Shown here: positions 1 to 10,715 of the stretch, one piece after another
Layout of the letters: each line of letters starts with the position of its first letter
How positions within the stretch are numbered: position 1 is the first letter of the stretch
Source of the DNA: an uncultured Flavobacteriales bacterium
Lineage (GTDB): Bacteria; Bacteroidota; Bacteroidia; CAIKAF01
DNA: 64,000 nucleotides
Reading direction: 5' to 3'
Assembly: GCA_903837495.1 (NCBI GenBank)
Contig: CAILUT010000006.1
Span: forward strand, 392 to 64,391
Made by a program: the position numbers and the translations under genes
Notes under the pieces: model-generated
What the model was told of the DNA's origin: nothing
Seen by the model: the letters and a program-made list of their open reading frames with translations, nothing else
The model's database searches: none

Positions 1-16
1 GAGCGACCCCGGAACG

Positions 17-3000
17 GTGTGTGTAGGCAATGGTTTGGTGGATCTAGGTTTTGATCCCCCGCTCTTGACTGACTCATTGATGTTTACTTCATGCGGTGTT
101 ACAGGACGTACTGGTCCTGATCAAGCTGCCGCAGATGCGACCTATGGTGCTGGTGTTGTAAACGTGACCAACGGAATACAAGAATGGGTAGCTCCTTTCG
201 CAGGAACCTACACCATTACAGCTGCAGGTGGTGCAGGCGGAACAGCCAACGGCCAAACCGGTGGCCAAGGTGCTATCATTTCTGGTCAATTCCAGGTAAC
301 TGCCGGTCAGGTAATTCGTATGTTGGTTGGCCAAAAGGCAGCGGACCTCAACGGTGCCAGCGGTGGTGGTGGTGGAACCTTTGTGGTTGACGCCAACAAC
401 AACCCCTTGGTGGTTGCCGGCGGTGGTTCAGGTGCAGCCAGTGGAATTACAGGAAACAACGGCGAAATTACGACCAACGGTGGCGATGGTGATGGTTGTG
501 CCGGAAACGGCGGCCAAAACGGCAACGGCGGTGGTGCGGCTGGAAACTGCGGAAGCGGTGCCGGCGGTGCTGGTGGCTTACTTACCGACGGTCAGTCCAA
601 CAGCTCTTGGGGTTCTCAACGTGGATTCGGTTTCGCGAACGGCGGTGCAGGTGGAGTTTCTTCCTCCGGCGGTGCCGATGGCGGATTTGGTGGAGGTGCA
701 GGTACCCACACCAACAATACCGGTGGTGGTGCCGGCGGCGGCTACTCAGGTGGCGGCGCTCCCAACCATGGAAGTGCATGGTCTGGTGGCGGCGGCGGCT
801 CTTTTAATGGCGGCAGCAACCAAGTAAACCAAAACGGTGGCAACGCCGGCGACGGTTGGGTTCGTGTCTTTTACGGCATCCCTCAACCCTCCGATACCAA
901 CGGCGTTTGGTCTGGTGTTACCATCACCGATACCCTGCTCGGAACATTTAACCCTCAACTGGGTATCTTAGGCAACAATACGGTGGTTTACACCGTTACC
1001 AACAACGGTTGTACTTTCCAAGATTCACTGGTTATTAACGTGGTTCAAGGCCCCGATGCCTCTATCACAACTGCCTCTACCCAATTGTGCGATTACGACA
1101 ACAGCATCAGCTTGAGTGCGTTGAACAGCGGCGGTTCTTGGAATGGAAACGGGGTGAACAGCCAAGGTGTAAACGTGAGCTTCGACCCAGGTTCGGTTCC
1201 CGCCGGTACCTATCAGGCCTATCACAGCATTTTTGATGCCGCTACCGGTTGCTTAAGCACCGACAGCGTTCAAATTGTGGTTAATCCTACTCCAATTGCT
1301 ACGGTTTCTGGTCCAAACGTGATTTGCTCGGCCGATGCCCCCTTTAACCTTTCTCCAGGTACCCCCGGCGGAGTGTTTACCGGTGCTGGTATAACCGATA
1401 CCATAACAGGTGTATTTACTCCCAATGCCAACCTGCTTGGCAGCACCATGGTGTATTACAACGTTACAGCCAACGGCTGCGTAAACAACGACAGCACGCT
1501 CTTAACGGTGTTTGTTTCTCCCAACGCCAACATCAACAATGCCCCTCAGCAGTTGTGCGCCAACGCGGGTTTGATTCAACTAATCCCCGCTCAACAAGGC
1601 GGCTCTTGGTACGGCGGCGGTATGGCTAACCCCAACAGCGGTGTGTTTAACCCTCAACTGTCGGGCACAGGAACGGCGCAAGTCATTTATTTGATCTCCA
1701 ATGCTAACTGCAGCAACAGCGATACAGTAAACATTGTGGTGAATGCCCTGCCTTCTGTTTCGGTTTCCCCAAACACCATTCAACAGGTTTGCGCTGGTTC
1801 TACTTTGCCTTTAACAGCTACGGGTGCGAACAGCTACCAATGGCTTAACAACGGCAGCCCAATCAGTGGAGCCAACACGGCCACCTATGCGCCCGCAACA
1901 GCCGGTTCTTACAGTGTAGTGGGTGTCGATGCCAACGGTTGCTCTTCTACTTCCGCAGGCACTCAAGTAAACGTTGCTCCTATCCCTGTTGTTCTGCAAG
2001 TAAATGCCCCAACAGTGTGCCAGGGCACCGCTACCGCCTTTACTCAAACTTCGGCCATAGGCCAAGGTGGTTTGATTACCAATTACAACTGGAATTACGG
2101 CGACGGCAACGTCGGAACGGGTTTCTCAGCCAACCACGTCTATGCAACGCCAGGGTCTTACACCGCTCAATTGATTGTCGTTAGTTCGGCCGGTTGCAGC
2201 GATACCTTGACCCAGAACGTTGCAGTCAACGCTAACCCCGTGCTCGACTCCGTTTTGGTAACCAACGCTTGCTTCCCCAACCCAACCAATTACCAAGCTT
2301 TTGTGTCGGGGGTAACCGTTGGCAGCTACCAGTGGAACTTTGGCAACAATGCCCAAGGCAACGGCGCCAACGTTACGCATACCTATGCGGCTCCAGGTAC
2401 CTATTATTACCAATTGCTGGTAAATTCTACCCAAGGCTGTTCAACGTTGCAAAACGGTACGGTGCTGGTCGAAAACCAACCCAATGCGCTGTTCCTAACC
2501 AGCAACGGTTGCACCAACCAGCCATTAACCTTGGTAAATACCTCTACAGGGGCCATTACCAACTGGAACTGGAACTTTAGCACCGGTACGGCAACAGGGC
2601 AAAACCCCGCCTACACTTACACCCAAGCAGGTACCTATCCTGTAACCTTGACCGTGTCAACCACGGGCGGTTGTACCGATAGCTATTCTACCTTGGTTAC
2701 CGTGAATCCTACTCCCAATGCGGCTTTCATTGCAGCAAACCAAGGAGTTAATTTGGTTCAGTTTGCTCCTGCAGCTCCCGTGAATCCAGCCAGCTACCTA
2801 TGGGATTTTGGCGACGGTACTACCGACAATTCCATCAGCCCATTGAAACAATATACCCTAACCGGGGTGTATCAGGTATGCCTAACCATTTCTTCAAACG
2901 GCTGCGAAAGCAAGACCTGCCAAAACTTTGAAGTGCGCGACATCACTTCATTCCATGGTCCTGACGGAGCTCAACACTCGGTTTCAGCATATCCCAACCC

Positions 3001-3235
3001 GTTCAACGAGGAGTTGATGGTTGAGGTGCAGTTGACCGGTGCAGCACAGGTGCAATTGGCTTTGTTCGACCTCAGCGGCAAGAAATTGCTCAGCAGCGAC
3101 AAAGGACTTCTGACCTCAGGAAAGCACAGCTTCAACATGGCTTCTCAAACCATGGATTTGGCCCAAGGTGTTTACCTAATGACAGTTTACGTGGACGGAA
3201 TGGCCTACACCTCACGTTTGGTTCGCACCAAATAA
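17..3235 (+). CDS. Large T9SS-secreted cell-surface protein with an N-terminal glycine-rich (Gly_rich-like) domain, multiple Ig-like/PKD-type repeats with paired Cys, and a C-terminal Por/T9SS sorting domain. Probably 5'-truncated by the window edge, since no signal peptide is visible.
   Basis: 1072-aa ORF. GGxGG-rich N-terminal region ending in ...WVRVFY. Repeated ~90-aa modules with conserved Cys and a NGC motif. C-terminal ...YPNPFNEELMVEVQL...GVYLMTVYVDG... is typical of a T9SS CTD. An intrinsic terminator follows. Confidence 0.8.
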   Translation: MCVGNGLVDLGFDPPLLTDSLMFTSCGVTGRTGPDQAAADATYGAGVVNVTNGIQEWVAPFAGTYTITAAGGAGGTANGQTGGQGAIISGQFQVTAGQVIRMLVGQKAADLNGASGGGGGTFVVDANNNPLVVAGGGSGAASGITGNNGEITTNGGDGDGCAGNGGQNGNGGGAAGNCGSGAGGAGGLLTDGQSNSSWGSQRGFGFANGGAGGVSSSGGADGGFGGGAGTHTNNTGGGAGGGYSGGGAPNHGSAWSGGGGGSFNGGSNQVNQNGGNAGDGWVRVFYGIPQPSDTNGVWSGVTITDTLLGTFNPQLGILGNNTVVYTVTNNGCTFQDSLVINVVQGPDASITTASTQLCDYDNSISLSALNSGGSWNGNGVNSQGVNVSFDPGSVPAGTYQAYHSIFDAATGCLSTDSVQIVVNPTPIATVSGPNVICSADAPFNLSPGTPGGVFTGAGITDTITGVFTPNANLLGSTMVYYNVTANGCVNNDSTLLTVFVSPNANINNAPQQLCANAGLIQLIPAQQGGSWYGGGMANPNSGVFNPQLSGTGTAQVIYLISNANCSNSDTVNIVVNALPSVSVSPNTIQQVCAGSTLPLTATGANSYQWLNNGSPISGANTATYAPATAGSYSVVGVDANGCSSTSAGTQVNVAPIPVVLQVNAPTVCQGTATAFTQTSAIGQGGLITNYNWNYGDGNVGTGFSANHVYATPGSYTAQLIVVSSAGCSDTLTQNVAVNANPVLDSVLVTNACFPNPTNYQAFVSGVTVGSYQWNFGNNAQGNGANVTHTYAAPGTYYYQLLVNSTQGCSTLQNGTVLVENQPNALFLTSNGCTNQPLTLVNTSTGAITNWNWNFSTGTATGQNPAYTYTQAGTYPVTLTVSTTGGCTDSYSTLVTVNPTPNAAFIAANQGVNLVQFAPAAPVNPASYLWDFGDGTTDNSISPLKQYTLTGVYQVCLTISSNGCESKTCQNFEVRDITSFHGPDGAQHSVSAYPNPFNEELMVEVQLTGAAQVQLALFDLSGKKLLSSDKGLLTSGKHSFNMASQTMDLAQGVYLMTVYVDGMAYTSRLVRTK

Positions 3236-3263
3236 AGGTTCACATTTCACTCATTTTCCGAAA

Positions 3264-3293
3264 GGGGGCCACGTTTTTGGCCCCCTTTTTTTT
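3264..3293 (+). terminator. Rho-independent terminator (GGGGGCCA / TGGCCCCC stem followed by T8)
   Basis: Perfect 8-bp GC-rich stem, 7-nt loop and T-tract immediately after the stop of the large T9SS cargo gene. Confidence 0.7.
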
Positions 3294-3321
3294 GCTTAAC
3301 TACGTTTTCAATGGGCTGTTT

Positions 3322-3476
3322 TTTGGGGGCGGCAGCCGGGCTTTCTCAGGTAGTCCGCAGCTGCCCTTGGCTGCCCCAGCGGGCTTGCGGGGGCTCCTAA
3401 AGTCGCCTCCGCGCCGCGCGGGCCAGGCCAGGGCAGCTTTGCGTGCTACCTTGTTCAATCCCTGCCGTGGGCGCCC
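3322..3476 (+). repeat. GC-rich terminator-associated repeat element, copy a (family also at 10.5, 10.7, 43.25, 43.45 and 53.7 kb)
   Basis: Begins TTTTTT-GGGGGCGGCAGCCGGGCTTTC..GGTAGTCCGCAG. Internal GGCTCCTAAAGTCGCCTCC core. Ends GCGTGCTACCTTGTTCAATCCCTGCCGTGGGCGCC. Family members aligned by eye. Confidence 0.6.
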
Positions 3477-3631
3477 TTCACTTAGTTGCGCATCAAATAC
3501 ATAAGGCCCCCCACGCGTCTTTCAATCAAGCGCTGCCTTCCTTTGGGCTAATTCGCCCAATTAAATGGCAAGCTCGAATTTTTAAAAGCGTTCTTTCCTA
3601 GCGCGAATTACCCCAAAATGGAATCTTACCC

Positions 3632-4678
3632 TTAATTTTCAAACCCATCCCATCCCCGTTCTTGCATCGGAAATGCCTTGCCAGAACTGTCTATCATTCG
3701 AAAGGCCTCAGGATCTTCTTCCATGAAACCAACAACCGTGATGTTTTCTATTTTTTGCAACTCAGCATAGGCATCCATTGGAACGGTAAAAAGCAATTCA
3801 TACTCTTCGCCTCCATGCAATGCCAAGTGGTAGGGGTCCATGTTTAATTCTTCGGCTACCTTTAAGGTTCCAGGGTGTATTGGAAGCCGTTCCAAGTCGA
3901 TGCGTACGCCCAGCCCCGAGGCCCTGCCAATCATAAAACAACTTTTTGACAATCCATCCGATACATCGGTCATGGCGGTGGGACGTATCCCCGCTTGCTT
4001 GAGCTGTTCCCAAATGTCCGTTCGAGCCTCCGGCCTCAATTGCCGTTCCAAAACATAGGTGTGGTCGGTTAAATCCGGTTGGACTTCTGGGTTTTCCAAG
4101 AAAATACGCCGCTCCCGATCCAGCATCAAAAATCCTGCATAGGCCGCCCCTAAGTTGCCGCTTACACAAAGCAAGTCGTTTTTTCGGGCTCCCGATTGTA
4201 CGATGCTTCTGCCCGTTTCAACATAGCCGATTGCGGTTATTGAAATGAAAAAATCGCTGAGGGTTGAAACGGTATCCCCCCCAATCAGGTCAATCCCATA
4301 CCGGGCACAGGCATGCCGTACGCCTTCCATGAAGGCGTCCAATGCCTCTACGGTAAACTTAGGCGGCAGGCCTAAACCCAACACAATATGGGCAGGCTCC
4401 GCACCCATGCCAACCACATCGCTCACATTGGCCGAAACCGCTTTGTACCCTAAATGGTGAAGGGGGCAATACATTAAATCAAAATGCACCCCTTCTACCA
4501 ACATGTCTTTGGTAACCACCAGTTCTTGACCTTGCTTTGGGCGTAAAATCGCCGCATCGTCGCCCGGCCCTAAAAAGGTCTCGGAGCGACTCGGAATCCT
4601 ACATTCTCGAATCCGTTGGTGGATGCCTGCCTCGCCCAATGCATGCAAAGGCGTCTTGTTTTCGCTTTCTTTTGTCAT
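3632..4678 (-). CDS. thiL: Thiamine-monophosphate kinase (AIR synthase-related family)
   Basis: LGEAGIHQRIRE...GPGDDAAIL N-terminal motif and a PurM-like fold signature. The ORF extends to 4738, but the conserved N-terminus suggests the start is near 4678. Confidence 0.8.
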   Translation of the reverse strand: MTKESENKTPLHALGEAGIHQRIRECRIPSRSETFLGPGDDAAILRPKQGQELVVTKDMLVEGVHFDLMYCPLHHLGYKAVSANVSDVVGMGAEPAHIVLGLGLPPKFTVEALDAFMEGVRHACARYGIDLIGGDTVSTLSDFFISITAIGYVETGRSIVQSGARKNDLLCVSGNLGAAYAGFLMLDRERRIFLENPEVQPDLTDHTYVLERQLRPEARTDIWEQLKQAGIRPTAMTDVSDGLSKSCFMIGRASGLGVRIDLERLPIHPGTLKVAEELNMDPYHLALHGGEEYELLFTVPMDAYAELQKIENITVVGFMEEDPEAFRMIDSSGKAFPMQERGWDGFEN

Positions 4679-4805
4679 TTCTCTGCAAATATCGTTTGCG
4701 TAAACCAATTCCTTCCTGTATTTTTGAGCAAAATTCAATTATTTAGAATCGTTCTAAATAATTAAACATTTTTCTTTTTTGCACGTTCATTTATCAGCAT
4801 ATACA

Positions 4806-5135
4806 ATGGTAACAGTTACAGAAACGGCTAAATCTAGGCTCATCGAGCTTATGGCCAAAGAATCCTTAAATCATGTCGAGCATTTTGTTCGGGTAGGAGT
4901 GAAGGGGGGCGGTTGTTCAGGGCTTAGCTATGAATTGAAGTTTGACCAGTCTCGCCACGAAAACGACCAGATGTTTGAAGACAACGGCATTCGCATTGTT
5001 GTTGAGAAAAAAAGCATGCTTTACCTGGCCGGCACCTGCCTAGAATTTTCCGACGGTTTAAACGGAAAAGGCTTTGTTTTTAATAATCCCAATGCAACGC
5101 GTACCTGCGGTTGCGGAGAAAGTTTTTCAGTTTAA
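4806..5135 (+). CDS. HesB/IscA/SufA-family iron-sulfur cluster insertion protein
   Basis: ~110 aa. C-terminal CGCGESF motif. Precedes sufB. An internal Met at 4806 fits the family N-terminus. Confidence 0.8.
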   Translation: MVTVTETAKSRLIELMAKESLNHVEHFVRVGVKGGGCSGLSYELKFDQSRHENDQMFEDNGIRIVVEKKSMLYLAGTCLEFSDGLNGKGFVFNNPNATRTCGCGESFSV

Positions 5136-5144
5136 TACAACGTT

Positions 5145-6593
5145 ATGGCTGATAATCAGGATGAACTGCTGCACGAAATCACCAACCGGGAATATGAACA
5201 CGGCTGGTCGGTCGATTTGGATTCCGAGACCTTGGATCCAGGTTTAACCGAAGAAACGGTGCGCTTTATTTCGGCCAAGAAAAACGAGCCGGATTGGCTC
5301 TTAGAATGGCGATTAAAAGCCTTTCGGCATTGGCAGCAAATGACCGAGCCGCATTGGGGGCTTTTGCATTATCCCCCCATCCTGTATCAATCCCTAAGTT
5401 ACTACTCGGCGCCCAAAAAGAAACCCGAATTGGCTAGCCTAGACGAAGTTGACCCCGAATTGCTCAACACCTTCAATCGGCTTGGCATTTCCCTTCAAGA
5501 ACAAAAAATGCTCGCCGGTGTTGCCGTCGATGCCGTCATTGACAGCGTCTCGGTTAAAACCACCTTCAAAGAAAATCTAGCCGAAAAAGGAGTCATCTTC
5601 TGTTCCTTTTCTGAGGCAGTTCAAGAACACCCCGATTTGGTGAAAGCCTACCTCGGTTCCGTGGTTCCTATCAAAGACAATTTCTTTGCCGCTTTGAATT
5701 CGGCCGTGTTTTCTGACGGTAGTTTTGTGTACATCCCCAAAGGAGTACGCTGCCCCATGGAGCTAAGTACCTATTTTCGAATCAATGCCATGAACACCGG
5801 GCAGTTTGAACGTACGCTCATTATTGCCGACGACGACAGCTATGTGAGCTACCTTGAAGGCTGTACCGCTCCCATGCGCGACGAAAATCAACTGCATGCC
5901 GCCGTGGTCGAACTCGTGGCCCTAAACCGGGCTCACATTAAATACAGCACCGTCCAAAACTGGTATCCCGGCGATAAAAACGGGAAAGGCGGTATTTATA
6001 ATTTTGTGACCAAAAGAGGCAATTGCTTGGGCGAAAACAGCCTGATCTCTTGGACTCAAGTCGAAACCGGCTCTGCCATCACCTGGAAATACCCCTCCGT
6101 TTTGCTCAAAGGCGATGGGTCTAAAGGCGAATTTTTCTCGGTCGCCGTTACCGCAAACGCCCAACAAGCCGATACCGGTACAAAAATGGTGCACCTAGGT
6201 AAAAATACCAGCTCTACCATTATTTCAAAAGGAATTAGTGCCGGAAACTCGAACAACAGCTACCGCGGTCTGGTAAAAATAGCCCCCTCGGCTACCGGAG
6301 CCCGGAATTTTAGCCAGTGCGATTCGCTGCTCTTAGGAAGCACCTGCGGTGCGCATACCTTCCCCAGCATCGAAGTTGACAACGCCACCGGAAAAGTCGA
6401 GCACGAAGCCACTACCTCTAAAATCGCTGAAGATCAAATTTTTTACCTCAATCAACGCGGAATCCCAACCGAAAAGGCCGTAGCCTTAATCGTGAATGGA
6501 TATTGCCGCGAAGTGCTTGATCAGCTGCCCATGGAATTCGCTGTGGAAGCCCGCAAATTGCTCGAAATATCGCTAGAAGGTTCTGTTGGATAA
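5145..6593 (+). CDS. sufB: Fe-S cluster assembly protein SufB
   Basis: 482 aa with the conserved SufB core (…[27 protein letters not shown]…). Operon context with sufC and sufD. Confidence 0.95.
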   Translation: MADNQDELLHEITNREYEHGWSVDLDSETLDPGLTEETVRFISAKKNEPDWLLEWRLKAFRHWQQMTEPHWGLLHYPPILYQSLSYYSAPKKKPELASLDEVDPELLNTFNRLGISLQEQKMLAGVAVDAVIDSVSVKTTFKENLAEKGVIFCSFSEAVQEHPDLVKAYLGSVVPIKDNFFAALNSAVFSDGSFVYIPKGVRCPMELSTYFRINAMNTGQFERTLIIADDDSYVSYLEGCTAPMRDENQLHAAVVELVALNRAHIKYSTVQNWYPGDKNGKGGIYNFVTKRGNCLGENSLISWTQVETGSAITWKYPSVLLKGDGSKGEFFSVAVTANAQQADTGTKMVHLGKNTSSTIISKGISAGNSNNSYRGLVKIAPSATGARNFSQCDSLLLGSTCGAHTFPSIEVDNATGKVEHEATTSKIAEDQIFYLNQRGIPTEKAVALIVNGYCREVLDQLPMEFAVEARKLLEISLEGSVG

Positions 6594-6604
6594 TCATTAA
6601 ATCT

Positions 6605-7357
6605 ATGTTGGAAATTAAAAATCTTCATGCCTCAATCGATGGGAAGCCCATTCTAAAAGGCGTTAATCTACGTATAAATGCCGGCGAAGTCCATGCCATT
6701 ATGGGCCCAAATGGCTCGGGTAAAAGCACCCTCGCTTCTATCATCGCCGGAAACGAAGCCTACGAAATTACCCAAGGCGATATTTTATTTGAGGGCAACT
6801 CTTTGTTTGATTTGCAACCCCACCAACGGGCCGCGGCAGGTGTTTTTTTGGCCTTCCAATATCCCGTTGAAATTCCTGGGGTTTCTATGATGAATTTTAT
6901 GAAAACGGCCATCAATGAAATCCGAGCGCAAAATGGACTGCAACCCATGGAAGCTGCAGCCTTCCTGAAATTGGTGCGCGAAAAGCAAGCCCTGGTCGAA
7001 CTGGACGCCAAATTGGCCAACCGCAGCGTCAATCAAGGATTTTCGGGCGGTGAAAAAAAACGCAACGAGGTCTTTCAAATGGCCATGTTAAATCCCACCC
7101 TCGCTGTGCTTGATGAAACCGACTCCGGCCTTGATATTGACGCCCTTCGCATTGTAGCTCAAGGGGTGAACGCCCTACGAAATCCAAACAATGCCTTTTT
7201 GGTGATTACCCACTACCAACGGTTGCTCGATTACATTGTGCCCGATGTGGTTCATGTCCTGGCCAACGGAAAAATCATCAAAACAGGCAACAAAGACCTA
7301 GCCCTTGAATTGGAGGCCAAAGGATACGATTGGATTCTTGAAACCACCCAAGCCTAA
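6605..7357 (+). CDS. sufC: Fe-S cluster assembly ATPase SufC
   Basis: Walker A GPNGSGKST, ABC signature FSGGEKKR, 250 aa. Confidence 0.95.
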   Translation: MLEIKNLHASIDGKPILKGVNLRINAGEVHAIMGPNGSGKSTLASIIAGNEAYEITQGDILFEGNSLFDLQPHQRAAAGVFLAFQYPVEIPGVSMMNFMKTAINEIRAQNGLQPMEAAAFLKLVREKQALVELDAKLANRSVNQGFSGGEKKRNEVFQMAMLNPTLAVLDETDSGLDIDALRIVAQGVNALRNPNNAFLVITHYQRLLDYIVPDVVHVLANGKIIKTGNKDLALELEAKGYDWILETTQA

Positions 7358-8514
7358 TGGAAAAACCAAGTCCTATGTTGGAATTCCAGGGCCCCGCCGA
7401 CCGCACCCGACGCTGGACAGGACTAGCCCAAGGCCTGCCTAACCTAAAGCAAGAGGAATGGAAGTATGTGCCCATTGATGCGCTGCTTGCCCATGTATAC
7501 CCCCAGTCGGATTCGCTCTTGCCGCTGAATCAGCGCCCCCGTCCAGAAAATCTACCCCAAGGTATTCGGTATCTTTCCGTTTCAGAAGCGTTGGCTGAAA
7601 AGATTCCCGGTATTCTTAAAGCTCTAAACCACCTTCAGGTGGCCCATTTTGACGGAATGGCAACTCTGTTTCTGCCGGCAATCAACTCCGAAGCAACGGT
7701 GCTGTGGATTCCCGCATCTGACGTGCCCCACCCCGACATCGCTCTTTTGCCTTCAATAAAGCAGCCAAACCAAACCGCCGATGCCTTGCTGGTGCTGGTG
7801 CAGGCTGGGGCCCATATAAACCTCATTTTGCCCAAGGAGGCTCAATCCTCCGGTTTCTCTTTTATCTATGTTGGATTGGAAGACTCGGCCAATGTGTCTC
7901 TACACCGCGACCTTTCAGGTTCTGATGCGGCGTTTGTTATGAGCCACCTTGAAGTACTCCTGGCCAATGCTGCCCAATTTAAGTTGGCACAATACCTGCA
8001 AGGCGGTTCCGCCCAACGGCACGCGGTGCAGGCGCATTTGTGCGGCCCCCAATCGGTGGCAAGCATGGCCTCTTTGCAATTTGCCAAGCCGGGCGACCAA
8101 TTGCACAGCTGGGTAAATATGGTTCACCAAAGTCCACATGCCGAAAGCCATCAAAACATCCGACAACTCGCTTTGAATTCAGGCATGTCTTCGTTTACCG
8201 GTAAAATTCATGTGGCCCTGGACGCTCAAAAAACCCAAGCCTATCAACACTCTGCTGCCATGGTTTTAGAAGAGGGCGGACGTACCTACCACCGACCTGT
8301 GCTCGAAATTTATGCCGACGATGTAAAATGCACCCACGGTGCTACCACCGGAAGTCTTGATGAACAAGCCTTGTTTTATTTGCAAGCCCGGGGCATTCCA
8401 AAACCCGCCGCAAAACGATTGCTTATTGATGCCTTTATTGAGGACTGCCTTCAGGCCTTTCATCCGGACCTACAAGCCGCCCTTCGCAGCGAAATTGCCA
8501 AATCTCTTCAGTAA
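7357..8514 (+). CDS. sufD: Fe-S cluster assembly protein SufD
   Basis: Position after sufC. The C-terminal region resembles the SufB/SufD family (…ATTGSLDEQALFYLQARGI…). Confidence 0.9.
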   Translation: MEKPSPMLEFQGPADRTRRWTGLAQGLPNLKQEEWKYVPIDALLAHVYPQSDSLLPLNQRPRPENLPQGIRYLSVSEALAEKIPGILKALNHLQVAHFDGMATLFLPAINSEATVLWIPASDVPHPDIALLPSIKQPNQTADALLVLVQAGAHINLILPKEAQSSGFSFIYVGLEDSANVSLHRDLSGSDAAFVMSHLEVLLANAAQFKLAQYLQGGSAQRHAVQAHLCGPQSVASMASLQFAKPGDQLHSWVNMVHQSPHAESHQNIRQLALNSGMSSFTGKIHVALDAQKTQAYQHSAAMVLEEGGRTYHRPVLEIYADDVKCTHGATTGSLDEQALFYLQARGIPKPAAKRLLIDAFIEDCLQAFHPDLQAALRSEIAKSLQ

Positions 8515-8515
8515 C

Positions 8516-9763
8516 ATGAGTGCCCCCCTTGCTCCTCGATTTAGCCCCCCGCCCCTCATAGATTGGGCGGGCATTCGAGCCGATTTCCCCTTGATTGCCG
8601 GCCAGGATTTGATTTATTTTGACAACGCCGCCAGCAGCCAAAAACCCAAGGTTATGCTGCAAGCCATGGAAGAAATGCTGAGCCATAGCTATGCAAACGT
8701 GCATCGAGGGGTGCATTCCCTAAGCCAAAAAGCCACCGATCAATACGAAGCGGCCCGAAAAACCGTGGCTCGTTTCATCAATGCCGCCGACGAGGCCGAA
8801 GTGGTTTTTACCAGCGGTGCCACCGACTCCATCAATACCATCGCTTTTTCCTTTGGCGAAGCCCACATTCAGCCCGGCGATGAAATCCTGTTGTCGGGCA
8901 TGGAGCACCATGCCAACATTGTGCCTTGGCAACTCATGGCCCAGCGAAAAGGCGCCGTCATCAAAGCAATTCCCGTGCTCGACAACGGCAGCCTAAATCT
9001 GGAAAGCTTAGATGCCCTAATGGGTCCAAAAACAAAACTGCTGAGCTTGGTTTGGGTATCCAACAGCTTAGGAACGGTAAATCCAATTCCCTACATCGTT
9101 CAAAAAGCGCATGCCTACGGCATTCCAGTTTTGGTCGATGCCGCGCAAGCCGCCCCCCACATGCCCCTGGACGTGCAAGCCATAGATTGCGATTTTATGG
9201 TTTTTTCGGCACATAAAATGTGCGGCCCAACGGGATTGGGCGTTTTGTACGGCAAGCGTGCTTTGTTCGAAAACCTCCCGCCTTACCGAGGGGGAGGCGA
9301 TATGATTGACCGCGTTTCGTTCGAAAAAACAACCTTTCAAGGCTTGCCTTTTCGGTTTGAAGCCGGAACCCCCCACATCTTGGGCGCCATTGCTTTTGCC
9401 GCTGTGCTCGATTACCTCTCCAACATCGGATTGGGCCACATCGAAGAACGGGAACGGCAGCTTTCTCACAGCCTGCGCAGCCAACTAAAAGCCGATTTCC
9501 CCCAAATTCAACTCATTGGTACCGCCCCCGATAGCGTGTCGGTCGTCTCTTTCTTGCTCAAAGGGCATCACCCGCTCGATGTAGGCGTTTTGCTCGACAA
9601 TCAAAAGGTGGCTGTTCGAACGGGGCACCACTGCTGCCAACCCCTTATGGACCGATTCGGAATCCCCGGAACCGTCCGTGCCTCGCTCGCATTTTACAAC
9701 ACCGAAGAGGAAATTCAACGCTTTTTACTTGCTTTGCGAAAAACCATTCACCTGCTGCGATGA
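8516..9763 (+). CDS. sufS: Cysteine desulfurase SufS (class V aminotransferase)
   Basis: PLP-lysine region SAHKMCGPTG and the C-terminal RTGHHCCQPL catalytic-Cys loop. The ATG at 8516 lies just after the sufD stop. The upstream extension to 8339 overlaps sufD. Confidence 0.9.
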   Translation: MSAPLAPRFSPPPLIDWAGIRADFPLIAGQDLIYFDNAASSQKPKVMLQAMEEMLSHSYANVHRGVHSLSQKATDQYEAARKTVARFINAADEAEVVFTSGATDSINTIAFSFGEAHIQPGDEILLSGMEHHANIVPWQLMAQRKGAVIKAIPVLDNGSLNLESLDALMGPKTKLLSLVWVSNSLGTVNPIPYIVQKAHAYGIPVLVDAAQAAPHMPLDVQAIDCDFMVFSAHKMCGPTGLGVLYGKRALFENLPPYRGGGDMIDRVSFEKTTFQGLPFRFEAGTPHILGAIAFAAVLDYLSNIGLGHIEERERQLSHSLRSQLKADFPQIQLIGTAPDSVSVVSFLLKGHHPLDVGVLLDNQKVAVRTGHHCCQPLMDRFGIPGTVRASLAFYNTEEEIQRFLLALRKTIHLLR

Positions 9764-10182
9764 ACTCGACCATGCACAACACGGCGCATTTATTAGAGGC
9801 CGACTTCGCCCTGTTTGACTCTTGGGAAGAAAAATACGAGTACCTCATGGATTTAGGGCGCGACTTGAAATGGCCCGAAGGCCGGTTGCAAGCCGACAGC
9901 ATGCTGATTCCCGGTTGTCAATCTCGGGTTTGGCTTGACCACGCCTTTCAGAACGGCAAAATTGAATTTTTTGCAGCCTCTGAGGCCCTCATCGTTAAAG
10001 GCCTTATAGCCATGTTGTTAAAGGTGTATTCGGGGCAGAGTGCCGCCGATATTCTGGCTTTTCAACCCGATTTTATTGGTCGAATCGGTCTTAGCCAGCA
10101 CCTGTCGCCCACCCGAAGCAATGGACTTTTTTCTATGCTTAATACCCTGAAAAGTACGGCTATTGCCTACCAAAACGCTTAA
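9760..10182 (+). CDS. sufE: Cysteine desulfuration protein SufE
   Basis: 140 aa with the SufE motif IPGCQSRVWL. Follows sufS. Confidence 0.85.
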   Translation: MNSTMHNTAHLLEADFALFDSWEEKYEYLMDLGRDLKWPEGRLQADSMLIPGCQSRVWLDHAFQNGKIEFFAASEALIVKGLIAMLLKVYSGQSAADILAFQPDFIGRIGLSQHLSPTRSNGLFSMLNTLKSTAIAYQNA

Positions 10183-10192
10183 AATCAGGAAT

Positions 10193-10492
10193 ATGGAAGA
10201 TAGGGTAATCGAAAAAATCAAAACCGTATTTGACCCTGAAATACCGGTCGATGTGTACGAATTGGGCCTAATTTACCAAATCGATGTTAGCCCCGACCAC
10301 AAAGAGGTCTGCATTTTAATGACCTTGACATCGCCCAACTGCCCCTCGGCCGAAGAAATACCGGTTGAAATTGAGCAAAAAGTCAAAACCATCGAGGGCG
10401 TAGAAACCGTACGGGTTAAATTGACCTTCGAACCGCCTTGGGACAAAGACATGATGAGCGAAGAGGCCCAATTGGAACTGGGTTTTTTATAA
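10193..10492 (+). CDS. sufT: SufT/DUF59 (MIP18-family) Fe-S assembly protein
   Basis: About 100 aa with the DUF59 signature …SPNCP… and a conserved N-terminal V..L..V.DPE motif. Last gene of the suf operon. Confidence 0.75.
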   Translation: MEDRVIEKIKTVFDPEIPVDVYELGLIYQIDVSPDHKEVCILMTLTSPNCPSAEEIPVEIEQKVKTIEGVETVRVKLTFEPPWDKDMMSEEAQLELGFL

Positions 10493-10502
10493 TTTTTTTT
10501 TA

Positions 10503-10650
10503 GGGCGGCCTTCCGGCTATCGCAGGTAGTACGCGTTGGCAAAAGCCGGCTGCAGTGGCTTTGCATGGGCTCCCAAGGTCGCCATGCACGCGCACGCAGC
10601 CCGCTTTTGCCCCCTTGCGCGCTACCTTGCTCTATCCGGGCCGCATCCGC
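10503..10650 (+). repeat. GC-rich terminator-associated repeat element, copy b1
   Basis: TTTTTTTTT-AGGGCGGCCTTCCGGCTATCGCAGGTAGTACGCG…GGCTCCCAAGGTCGCC…GCTACCTTGCTCTATCCGGGCCGCATCCGC. Same family as 3322..3476. Confidence 0.6.
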
Positions 10651-10715
10651 ATCCGTTGGCCTGCTGCATGCCAGCCTAAGCTGCAACTCAATTTAATCGA
10701 AATTTAACGGCCGAT

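Noticed and set aside
3277-3504. 75-aa ORF (and similar ORFs at 10688-10916, 43125-43403, 53432-54046 and 31868-32065) lying inside GC-rich repeat elements
   Set aside because: The reading frames are a by-product of high GC and repeat sequence. Copies of the element are not conserved at the protein level and frames differ between copies.
4739-4805. Looked for a TPP riboswitch near thiL
   Set aside because: The thiL upstream region is only about 60-120 bp and shared with the divergent sufA-like gene. No THI-box-like CTGAGA/ACCTGATCTGG elements were seen.
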